A stretch of DNA of 64,000 nt from Obrimoposthia wandeli. Lineage: Eukaryota. The notes under the pieces were generated by a model. That model saw nothing but the letters and a program-made list of their open reading frames with translations, searched no databases and was not told the DNA's origin. Below, piece by piece: positions 19,800 through 28,571 of this stretch (positions within the stretch are counted from its first letter, which is position 1; each line of letters opens with the position of its first letter). Both the position numbers and the translations under genes were made by a program. The stretch covers positions 3,596,001 to 3,660,000 of the forward strand of contig CDROCS010000253.1 of assembly GCA_977020255.1 (NCBI GenBank). Reading direction: 5' to 3'.

Positions 19800-20282
19800 T
19801 TAAACTTTCGCATTATCCATAGCAGTAATATTTTTCTCAAAAACCTGCACTATCGACATAATTCCTTGCTCGTCTTGTAGATCAAATCGGTCGAACACCG
19901 TGCTATCAATATCTAAAATAGCAATGACTTTACCTGCAACTTTCACAGGAACAACGAGTTCCGCATTACTACTTGCATCACAAGCGATATGGCCATCAAA
20001 TTGATGAACATCTGAAATACGCTGAACATTTCCAGTTGATACACAGGTACCACAAACACCTTTTCCGACAGGTATTCGAATACAAGCAACTTTACCTTGA
20101 AAAGGCCCAAGTACTAGCTCATCGTTAATAAGACGATAAAAGCCAACCCAATTTACTTCAGTCAAACGTTCAAACAGTAAAGCACTAACATTTGCCATGT
20201 TAGCAATAATATCAGATTCATTACTTATTAGCGCCTTAGTTTGCTCTAATAGTTCATGATAAAATTCAGCTCGATTGTTCAT
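19800..20282 (-). CDS. msrC: GAF-domain free methionine-(R)-sulfoxide reductase (YebR)
   Basis: NWVGFY, LGPFQGKVAC, HIACDASSNAELVVP; msrC-proQ-prc synteny. Confidence 0.9.
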   Translation of the reverse strand: MNNRAEFYHELLEQTKALISNESDIIANMANVSALLFERLTEVNWVGFYRLINDELVLGPFQGKVACIRIPVGKGVCGTCVSTGNVQRISDVHQFDGHIACDASSNAELVVPVKVAGKVIAILDIDSTVFDRFDLQDEQGIMSIVQVFEKNITAMDNAKV

Positions 20283-20398
20283 TTAAAGGTACCATTGAAT
20301 AAAGCTATGATAAAAAGCGCTAACATACCTAAAAACACACGATAATTAAAGCTTTTCTCGAACAAATGGTCAACTATTGTGAGTTGTTAGCTCATTTT

Positions 20399-21229
20399 TC
20401 AATCTTTAAGACTAAATTTAACTAAAACACGGGCTGTAATGGTTTGACTACCCGTTAAAGATGCATGCGTTCTTGGACTTGCATCACTCATCATTGCCTC
20501 AGCATACATGGGTCGATAATGATTACTTGAAAGTTCTTTAATAAGTTGTAACTGCTCTATTTTTCGCTCTGCTTGCTCAGCCATACGCTGTGCTTTTTGT
20601 TTTGCATGGCTAATCGCTTTTAATAACGCTTGTTGATAATACTCGTCTCGCCCTTTAACACTCATAGACAGCGAGGAAATATGGCTGACATTTATTTTAA
20701 TAATCTGAGTTAAAAAGCTATCGTACTGCTCAATTTTGTTAAAGTTTACGGTAATTTGGCGACTTAATTCAAATAATGGCTTTTTATGTTCATTAACATT
20801 ATTCGCATGCTGATTAATACTTTGACCATCAATATAAACACTTCCTTGCCCAGCGTTGTTATACTCAACGCCTTGCACTTGAATTGATGGTTTTTCTTCG
20901 ACTATACGTAAGTTAACTCGTGCGGATGAGATATTACGCTCTTTTACCGCAATATTTTTAGCTGCATTAATGACTGAATTACTTTTTTTATCGACTAATG
21001 CTTTTAATTTACTTGGCACTCGCCCGCGCTCAGTAATTGTCAAGGTTAACGAGAATTGATCCGGTGTCACCACAACACTGCCTTGACCTGAGACCTCAAT
21101 TCCTGCTTCATCAAAAGAAAAAGCGGTCATTGGAAATAACACGCACATCAATAATGTAAAGTACGATAAGTTCCGTTTTATTTTTGATAAAATACGTCTA
21201 GGTGAACGAGTAAAAGATAACAACTTCAT
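20399..21229 (-). CDS. SIMPL (DUF541) domain periplasmic protein
   Basis: IEVSGQGSVVVTPD start, ALLKAISHAKQKAQRMA, ITARVLVKF end. Confidence 0.85.
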   Translation of the reverse strand: MKLLSFTRSPRRILSKIKRNLSYFTLLMCVLFPMTAFSFDEAGIEVSGQGSVVVTPDQFSLTLTITERGRVPSKLKALVDKKSNSVINAAKNIAVKERNISSARVNLRIVEEKPSIQVQGVEYNNAGQGSVYIDGQSINQHANNVNEHKKPLFELSRQITVNFNKIEQYDSFLTQIIKINVSHISSLSMSVKGRDEYYQQALLKAISHAKQKAQRMAEQAERKIEQLQLIKELSSNHYRPMYAEAMMSDASPRTHASLTGSQTITARVLVKFSLKD

Positions 21230-21425
21230 GTTAGCTCCTTAAATTAAAGTGTTGTGCCAATCAAACTAGCTAAGTGATATTTTTAAATCATCTAAAGATC
21301 TAGTAACATTGTTGCTTTCAATCCCAATAGCCAGCGACACTTCATGCGTTCTGCCTTGCCTAACTATCACAAAGCCATCAAGTTATATCGAGAAATCAAC
21401 AGACCCTATTATCGAGTATGATTTT

Positions 21426-22100
21426 CTACTTTAGTTCCTTATTTTTATTGATAAAATTAAGGAATTTTTCTTTTTCATCTTTATTAGCTTTCTGCCACCA
21501 GTATTTGAGCATAGGAACAGTGTCTACATTATTGATAACTTTGTTATTAAAAGTTTGACCATCTTCTATGGTACTCGTGCTTGGAGACATAACCGCTGGG
21601 ACTGAAAGCGTGGTTACCACTTTGGTTACCTGTTTACCTAGTCTATAGTCACTTAACGTCTCTAACTCTAAAACCATTTCTTGTTTATGTTCATCGAGCA
21701 TTGTTAGCTCAGGCGATTGAACAAAACGCTCAGCTGAAGCTAAATCATTAATTTCACTCGTAGTTAAAAGTATTTTTTGTTGATTTTTCACTATAAATTT
21801 AACGACAAAATAATCAGACTTTACCAGCCTATCTTCTCCAAAATCTAAGTCTTCAAAAACATCTTTATATTTAATAACTAAAACATGTTGCCCTTGAGTT
21901 AACTCAATCTGTTTCTTTTTTGACAAGAAACCATGTTCAACAGCCTTATCATCCAAATCACGTACTATCAGATTATCAGTGATCGTTAATGTAGCAGCAT
22001 TAGCCTTAACAGTGATAAAACTGCATAACAGTATACTGGCACAGAGATAACTCAGCAGAGTATTGCTCAAAAAATTTGTGCGAGAGGTAATTGTAGACAA
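21426..22100 (-). CDS. DUF2057 (YccT-like) secreted protein
   Basis: Signal peptide, C-terminal MLKYWWQKANKDEKEKFLNF. Confidence 0.8.
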   Translation of the reverse strand: MSTITSRTNFLSNTLLSYLCASILLCSFITVKANAATLTITDNLIVRDLDDKAVEHGFLSKKKQIELTQGQHVLVIKYKDVFEDLDFGEDRLVKSDYFVVKFIVKNQQKILLTTSEINDLASAERFVQSPELTMLDEHKQEMVLELETLSDYRLGKQVTKVVTTLSVPAVMSPSTSTIEDGQTFNNKVINNVDTVPMLKYWWQKANKDEKEKFLNFINKNKELK

Positions 22101-22247
22101 GATGAATCCTTTATATTGATGATATCTAATAACTCTTTATAAACTGCCTAGCGAATTAATTAAAGTAAAAGATGCGATAAAGGTTAGACTTTTACTCAAG
22201 CCCATGCGTATTATCCATGCAAGTTAAAACGTATTGAGTAAACATGG

Positions 22248-22799
22248 ATGGCAAGAAACTCGACATTAACCACGCTTTTTCTCAACTCCAAAAGAAACAT
22301 AGGCCGCTTGATTAGTCATATCGTTAAACCTGATGATATTGATGATATTGTTCAAGAAACCTTTGTTAAAACTTATGAGGCCGATTTAAAGCAAGAAATT
22401 AAATATGTTCGCAGCTACATGCTTAAAACAGCAAGAAACCTTGCTTTAAATCACGTAGCTAGATGGGATAATAAATATAATGACTCGCTAGAGGATTTTG
22501 CTGAGCCACCTGTCCAATTAACTAGCATTAACGTTGAAGACGACTATGAAAGCAAAGAACAGTTTTTGTTTTTTTGTCGTGCAACCGATCAACTCTCGGG
22601 TTCAGTACGTAAATGTTTTATACTAAAGAAAGTTTATGGTTTAAGCCAAAAAGAAATAGCTAGCTATTTAAACTTAAGTGAAAGCACCGTAGAAAAACAC
22701 ATCGCCCAAGGGTTACTGAAAAGTGCTCTTTATATAAAACGAATGAATCAAGATCAAAATGATATAAGTCTTAAAACGCAAAAAAAAGCAAACACATAG
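22248..22799 (+). CDS. ECF sigma factor (FecI-like)
   Basis: DDIVQETFVK region 2; GLSQKEIASYLNLSESTVEKHI region 4; adjacent to a fecR-like gene. Confidence 0.92.
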   Translation: MARNSTLTTLFLNSKRNIGRLISHIVKPDDIDDIVQETFVKTYEADLKQEIKYVRSYMLKTARNLALNHVARWDNKYNDSLEDFAEPPVQLTSINVEDDYESKEQFLFFCRATDQLSGSVRKCFILKKVYGLSQKEIASYLNLSESTVEKHIAQGLLKSALYIKRMNQDQNDISLKTQKKANT

Positions 22800-22824
22800 C
22801 AGCTAAGTAAATAGAGAAATTCGA

Positions 22825-23946
22825 ATGGGTAATGTCAGCCAACTATTTGGCAAGGATAATAAACAGCAAGATAATAATATCCAAGAAGGTAATGTTCAAG
22901 AACTTGCTTGTCTTTGGATCAGTCGTTTGGATAGAGGATTGAGTACCTCTGAAAAACAACAACTCATCACTTGGTGTAAGCAAAAGACTCAACATCATAA
23001 TGCTCTGCTTGAGATGGCCTCTTATTGGGATGACTTAAGTGTTTTAAATGAATTAAGCGATTTATTTCCCTTGGCACAAACTAAAGCACACACTAAGCGG
23101 TATAAATACTCTGCTATTGCACTTGCAGCAAGTGTCGCCATTATCTCTATCCTCGGTATCAATACACTAACCAATGAATCTTTCTTACCTTATTTACCTT
23201 CACTTAACGAACAAGCGTTAACCCAAAATCATACTTTGAATACTCAAGTGGGTGAACAAAAAAGTTTCACTTTACAAGATGGATCACAGATTAAATTAAA
23301 TACCAACAGCCTTATCGAGGTTGAATATAGCCCCAAACAACGTCTACTGACGTTAGTGCGAGGCGAAGCCCGTTTTGATGTTGCTAAAGATAAAAATCGT
23401 CCTTTCACCGTCACCGTTGGCGCGAAATCATTTACTGCTCTTGGTACTATATTTAATGTTCAGAAAAGTGATAACCAGATGATGGAATTAGTTGTTACCG
23501 AAGGAAAGGTTCTAATCACCAAAGCAACCACTCCCGTAATTGATATTAAAGATACGTTAACCCAAGCTGGCACTGCCTTTAACCCTAAATCTTTAGAAGC
23601 AACATTAGTTGTCTCTGGTGAAAAAGCGGTAATAACCAAGAACACCCCCTCAATTATTGCCACCCCCGTAGAAAAAGTCTCTTTAGATCAAATTAACCGT
23701 GATCTGGCATGGCAACAAGGTATGCTGATTTTCGAAGGTGAGCCTTTATCAACCGCACTGGCAGAGATTAGTCGCTATACCACCAGCGACTTTGCGATAG
23801 TGGATAGTAAACTAGCAAAACTAGCCGTTGCGGGTTATTTCAAAGCCGGTGATATTGACGGTCTATTAGCCTCGTTACACAGTAATTTCGGCATCAACTA
23901 TAGCAAAAGTGCTAACGGTACTATTTTACTTTCATCTTCAAAATAA
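22825..23946 (+). CDS. FecR-family anti-sigma / signal transducer
   Basis: N-terminal ACLWISRL...W, single TM segment, LQDGSQIKLNTNS, AWQQGMLIF. Confidence 0.92.
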   Translation: MGNVSQLFGKDNKQQDNNIQEGNVQELACLWISRLDRGLSTSEKQQLITWCKQKTQHHNALLEMASYWDDLSVLNELSDLFPLAQTKAHTKRYKYSAIALAASVAIISILGINTLTNESFLPYLPSLNEQALTQNHTLNTQVGEQKSFTLQDGSQIKLNTNSLIEVEYSPKQRLLTLVRGEARFDVAKDKNRPFTVTVGAKSFTALGTIFNVQKSDNQMMELVVTEGKVLITKATTPVIDIKDTLTQAGTAFNPKSLEATLVVSGEKAVITKNTPSIIATPVEKVSLDQINRDLAWQQGMLIFEGEPLSTALAEISRYTTSDFAIVDSKLAKLAVAGYFKAGDIDGLLASLHSNFGINYSKSANGTILLSSSK

Positions 23947-24087
23947 CCCCTTCACCTCTTTATTCCTTTTTATCTACTCCTTTATTTATTCGACAAACAG
24001 CCAGTATTTATTACTGGCTATTTAATTACACATGAAACAGAATAAAAATAAAATAGAGGATTTCCCCTGCTTAACTGTTTATTACTA

Positions 24088-27012
24088 TTGCACAGTTGGC
24101 GAAAGCAATTTCGTCTGAATCAAGTCTCGTTTAGGCATAACTTGTTAGCTAATATCACTCTAGTGATGATGCTATTAACAACCTATGCCAATGCTAAGGA
24201 CTTTGTTCGCTTTGATATTAATAAACAACGAGCTGATAAAGCGTTAATCGCATTTGCCCAAAAGGCCAATCAAACAGTTATATTTTCTTTTGATTTGACC
24301 AAGCAACATCAAGCAAATACTTTAAAAGGCTATTATTCTGTTAACTCGGGCCTAAAAAAATTATTAAATGGCTCTGGCTTAATCGCTGTTGTTAATAACT
24401 CTGGTCAACTGAGTATTCAAGTTGATTCACATAACAAGAGAGATATAACAATGAAAAATAAAAATATACATGCCGCGCTAATACCTATTTTACTCGGTGC
24501 AGCAAGTCAAACAGCATTAGCTCAAGAACCAGCACAAGTACAAGAAGAAGACATAGAGAAAATAGCCATAGTCGGTAGCCGCGTCGCTGGCCGCTCTGTT
24601 GAAGACTTACCAGTACCCGTTGATATTTTAACCGCAGAAGCACTAGCTAATACTGGCCAGACAGAAGTTGGCCGTATGTTGCAAGCTATTGCCCCATCAT
24701 TTAATTTCTCTAGCTCCTCTATCAGTGATGGCACCGATGCTTTACGCCCAGCGACATTACGAGGCCTAGGACCTGATCAAACCCTCGTTTTGATCAATGG
24801 TCGTCGTCGTCATCAAGCCAGTTTAATTCATATCAATACATCGGTTGGTCGAGGAACGGCTGGTACTGATATGAATGCTATCCCTGCAGCTTCAATCAAA
24901 CGTATTGAAGTATTACGTGATGGTGCTGCCGCACAATATGGCTCTGATGCAATAGCAGGTGTTATTAACATTGTGCTTAACGATGCCGATGAAGGCGGTA
25001 AAGTCGCGGTATCTTATGGTGAATATTCAGAAGGTGATGGTGAGACAACCAATGTAGATATTTCTAAGGGCTTTAGCTTAGGAGATAGTGGTTACCTTAA
25101 TACCACACTTAACTTTAGAGACCGTGGTTATACTAATCGCTCAGGCTTACATGGCTCATGTCAATTCTCTGGATGTATTGAGCAAGCTAATGGTGATTTA
25201 TTATTAGGTGATCCTAGAGAAGCAACAGCAACTCGATCAACCTTTAGAATCGGTGATGCTGATGCGAGCCAATTTGGTTTAACCATTAATGCCGGCTATG
25301 AATTAGGTGATGGTGAATTGTATGGTTTCCTTACTTACTCAAATCGTGATAATGAATCTGCGGCATTTTTTCGTCACAACAATAATAATGGTGGCAATGC
25401 GCCACTACAAGATGGTGACGCGACCATTCCTGCCGGATTTTTACCTAAAATTAATACCGAAATAAAAGACATTTCTTATAATTTTGGTTATCAAACAGAG
25501 TTTTCAGATGGTTCGTCTTTAGATTTTTCGTATACCTATGGGCAGAACAATATTGATTATGTGACCAGTAATACGATTAACTCTTCTTTTGCTAACTCAT
25601 TACGCTATGGTTCAAGCTTGAGTGCTGATGAAATTAGAGCATCGATTCCACGTCAAGCGTCTGCTTACGGATTAGAGTTATCGCTGCAAACGTTAAACCT
25701 TGATTATACGCAAGACTATGAATTCTTTTCATTAGCCATGGGTGCAGAAATTAGAACAGATCAATTTATAGTCACTGCCGGTGATGAATACTCCTATAGA
25801 GACTATGATACCGATGAATTAGGCAATAGCTTATTCCCTGATGATCGTTCTGCCGGTACGCAAGGATTTGGTGGCACAGCCCCGATGCAAGCCGTAGATG
25901 AAACCCGTGATGTCATCTCATTTTATGTTGATGCTGAAACTGAACTTACTGAAGATTTAATTATTAGTGGCGCGGTTCGATATGATGATTATCAAGGTTT
26001 TGGTGATAGTACCAACTTCAAACTAGCGGCTAATTGGTCCATAACTGAGGCTATCGCTATTCGTGGTGCTATGAGTACAGGTTTTAGAGCACCATCAATG
26101 CAACAACTTTACACTGACAATATAAGTACCCAGTTTCAAAATGATCCAAACAACCCCGGTGGCGATCAAATTGCCGTGCAAGTTGGTACCTTTCGTAATG
26201 ATTCAAACTTAGCCAAAGCGATAGGTATTCCTGAATTAAAAGAAGAAGAAGCCACTAACTTCAGTTTAGGGACTGTCATTAATATTACCGATAACATTAA
26301 CTTAACTGTCGACTGGTATTCAATCGACATTGATGATCGAATAGTATTAAGTAACTCTCTAGGCCAAGGTTTATCACCCGCTTTAGATGCGGCACTCATT
26401 GCCTCTGGCGCTGGTGCTGGTCAGTTTTTCCTTAATGGTGCTGATACTGAAACCACGGGTATTGATATCATTGCCACTTGGAATACTGAACTATTAGGTG
26501 GTGACTTTAACTTAACGGCTGCAGCAAACTTTACTGAAACCGATGTGGTAAGTATCTATACGCCGCCAAACAGTGCATTGGGTGGTATCGATCCAAGTGA
26601 TGTTTTTTCAGAGCAAGCTGTTTCTATTATTGAAGAATGGCAACCGCAAGATCGTATCAGCTTAAGCGGTTTATACACTATTGGTGATGTAAGTATTAAT
26701 TTAGCCTTCAACCGTTATGGTGAATATACCGTTACTGATGGTGGTACACAAACATACGGTGCTGAAGTATTAACTGACTTACGTGTTAACTATCAAGTAA
26801 CTGAGAGCTTATCATTTAACATTGGTGGTAATAACTTATTTGATGTTTACCCAGATAAAAACACCATAGGTAACTCACGTTCAGGAACAATAATAGATGC
26901 AAGTGGCGATGTTGTAGTAAGTAGCCCTGGCGTATTTACTTATTCACGTCGTTCGGCTCCTTTTGGATTTAATGGCGCATTTTACTATGCAGGCGCTGAA
27001 TTTAAATTCTAA
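24088..27012 (+). CDS. TonB-dependent receptor with N-terminal signalling (STN) extension; alternative internal start at 24451
   Basis: STN-like domain, TonB box region IEKIAIVGSR, plug motif LRGLGPDQTLVLINGRR, C-terminal AEFKF. Confidence 0.93.
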   Translation: MHSWRKQFRLNQVSFRHNLLANITLVMMLLTTYANAKDFVRFDINKQRADKALIAFAQKANQTVIFSFDLTKQHQANTLKGYYSVNSGLKKLLNGSGLIAVVNNSGQLSIQVDSHNKRDITMKNKNIHAALIPILLGAASQTALAQEPAQVQEEDIEKIAIVGSRVAGRSVEDLPVPVDILTAEALANTGQTEVGRMLQAIAPSFNFSSSSISDGTDALRPATLRGLGPDQTLVLINGRRRHQASLIHINTSVGRGTAGTDMNAIPAASIKRIEVLRDGAAAQYGSDAIAGVINIVLNDADEGGKVAVSYGEYSEGDGETTNVDISKGFSLGDSGYLNTTLNFRDRGYTNRSGLHGSCQFSGCIEQANGDLLLGDPREATATRSTFRIGDADASQFGLTINAGYELGDGELYGFLTYSNRDNESAAFFRHNNNNGGNAPLQDGDATIPAGFLPKINTEIKDISYNFGYQTEFSDGSSLDFSYTYGQNNIDYVTSNTINSSFANSLRYGSSLSADEIRASIPRQASAYGLELSLQTLNLDYTQDYEFFSLAMGAEIRTDQFIVTAGDEYSYRDYDTDELGNSLFPDDRSAGTQGFGGTAPMQAVDETRDVISFYVDAETELTEDLIISGAVRYDDYQGFGDSTNFKLAANWSITEAIAIRGAMSTGFRAPSMQQLYTDNISTQFQNDPNNPGGDQIAVQVGTFRNDSNLAKAIGIPELKEEEATNFSLGTVINITDNINLTVDWYSIDIDDRIVLSNSLGQGLSPALDAALIASGAGAGQFFLNGADTETTGIDIIATWNTELLGGDFNLTAAANFTETDVVSIYTPPNSALGGIDPSDVFSEQAVSIIEEWQPQDRISLSGLYTIGDVSINLAFNRYGEYTVTDGGTQTYGAEVLTDLRVNYQVTESLSFNIGGNNLFDVYPDKNTIGNSRSGTIIDASGDVVVSSPGVFTYSRRSAPFGFNGAFYYAGAEFKF

Positions 27013-27043
27013 TTTTATAGCGTAATATAAAAGAAAAACCAAT

Positions 27044-27073
27044 AAAAAAGCGCAGAGTGATCTGCGCTTTTTA
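27044..27073. terminator. Bidirectional terminator between the receptor and prpF
   Basis: AAAAAAGCGCAGA-GTGA-TCTGCGCTTTTT. Confidence 0.85.
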
Positions 27074-27185
27074 TTTTATAACGGTTCGTCAATGTTAAAA
27101 GATATTCATATAAGCGTTATCAATAAAAAGATGGTCAAACCCTATGAAAAAAAACCTTTACGTTAAACATTAAACCATTTCGAAT

Positions 27186-28379
27186 CTATTCAAACAATGC
27201 CGGCACCCTTATCTGACCTTCCATAAGTACTCGCGCACTTCGGCTCATACTTACTTTTTTCACCGTCCAGTTATCATTAACACATTCAGCTTGTGCGCCA
27301 ACTTTTAATGTTCCTGATGGGTGACCAAAAGTTACCTCGCTTCTTTCTCCCGAGCCAGCAGCTATATTGACTAAAGTACCAGGAATGGCCGCCGCAGTAC
27401 CAATGGCAACAGCAGCAGTGCCCATCATGGCATGGTGTAATTTACCCATAGAGAGTGCACGTACATGTAAATCAATATCACTAGCCGCAATATTTTTACC
27501 GCTAGAAGAAGTATAAGCTTGTGCTGGTGCAACAAACGCTACTTTAGGGGTATGTTGACGAGAGGCAGCTTCAGAGATATCACTGATCAAGCCCATTTTT
27601 ACTGCGCCATAAGCACGAATGGTTTCAAAACGCGCTAATGCTTTTTCATCACCATTAATTGCCTCTTGAAGTTCAGTACCTGTATACCCTATTTCACCTG
27701 CATTTAAGAAAATGGTTGGAATACCCGCTGTTATCATCGTTGCTTTAAACGTGCCGATGTCAGGTACAACAAGATCATCAACTAAATTACCTGTTGGGAA
27801 CATCGCTTCGCTTGGGTCTACTGGTGCAACAAAATCAACTTTCACTTCAGCTGCAGGGAAAGTTACGCCATCGAGCTCAAAGTCACCCGTTTCTTGTACT
27901 TCACCGTTTGTGATGGGTACATGGGCAATAATCGTTTTACTGATATTCTTTTGCCAAATTCGCACTTCACAAATACCGTTCGCAGGTATTCTGTCTGCAC
28001 TCACTAATCCTGAACTAATAGCAAAAGAACCAACAGCGGCAGTAAGGTTACCGCAATTGCCACTCCAATCAACAAACGCTTTATCAATGGCCACTTGCCC
28101 AAATAAATAATCTACATCGTGATCGGCTTGCTCTGTTTTAGCTAAGATGACCGTTTTACTAGTACTAGACGTTGCTCCGCCCATACCATCGGTTTGTTTT
28201 CCGTAGGGATCTGGGCTACCAATGACGCGCAATAACATGTTATCGCGAGGTTTACCTGGTACCTGACAGCTTACTGGCAAATCGGTTAAATTAAAAAAGA
28301 CACCTTTAGAAGTGCCACCACGCATATACGTAGCAGGAGTTTTCACTTGAGGTTTGTGCACTTGAGGAACGTGAGACAT
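27186..28379 (-). CDS. prpF: 2-methylaconitate cis-trans isomerase
   Basis: YMRGGTSKG, SGNCGNL, HHAMMGT motifs; follows acnD. Confidence 0.96.
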   Translation of the reverse strand: MSHVPQVHKPQVKTPATYMRGGTSKGVFFNLTDLPVSCQVPGKPRDNMLLRVIGSPDPYGKQTDGMGGATSSTSKTVILAKTEQADHDVDYLFGQVAIDKAFVDWSGNCGNLTAAVGSFAISSGLVSADRIPANGICEVRIWQKNISKTIIAHVPITNGEVQETGDFELDGVTFPAAEVKVDFVAPVDPSEAMFPTGNLVDDLVVPDIGTFKATMITAGIPTIFLNAGEIGYTGTELQEAINGDEKALARFETIRAYGAVKMGLISDISEAASRQHTPKVAFVAPAQAYTSSSGKNIAASDIDLHVRALSMGKLHHAMMGTAAVAIGTAAAIPGTLVNIAAGSGERSEVTFGHPSGTLKVGAQAECVNDNWTVKKVSMSRSARVLMEGQIRVPALFE

Positions 28380-28408
28380 TGCATTATCCTTTTATTTTTT
28401 CTATAAAA

Positions 28409-28437
28409 AAGCAGTAAATAGAACCTATTTACTGCTT
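28409..28437 (-). terminator. Terminator-like hairpin between acnD and prpF
   Basis: AAGCAGTAAATAG-AAC-CTATTTACTGCTT, with a U-tract on the minus strand. Confidence 0.6.
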
Positions 28438-28462
28438 AAAATTAAATACTCATAATGAATTT

Positions 28463-28571
28463 AATGGGTAAAGCAGGATTTTAGTGTTAGTTCAAGGCGG
28501 CAGCGCGGAATGTATACTTATACATGAGCACTGCCAACGCAGAAATAATACTAAAAGACCATTTACCCGTT
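28463..28571. repeat. About 110-bp palindromic ERIC/REP-like intergenic element
   Basis: Nested IRs AATGGGTAAA/TTTACCCGTT and TTTTAGTGTTA/TAATACTAAAA; core TTCAAGGCGG...CCAACGCAGAAAT around an ATGTATA-CT-TATACAT hairpin. Confidence 0.65.
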
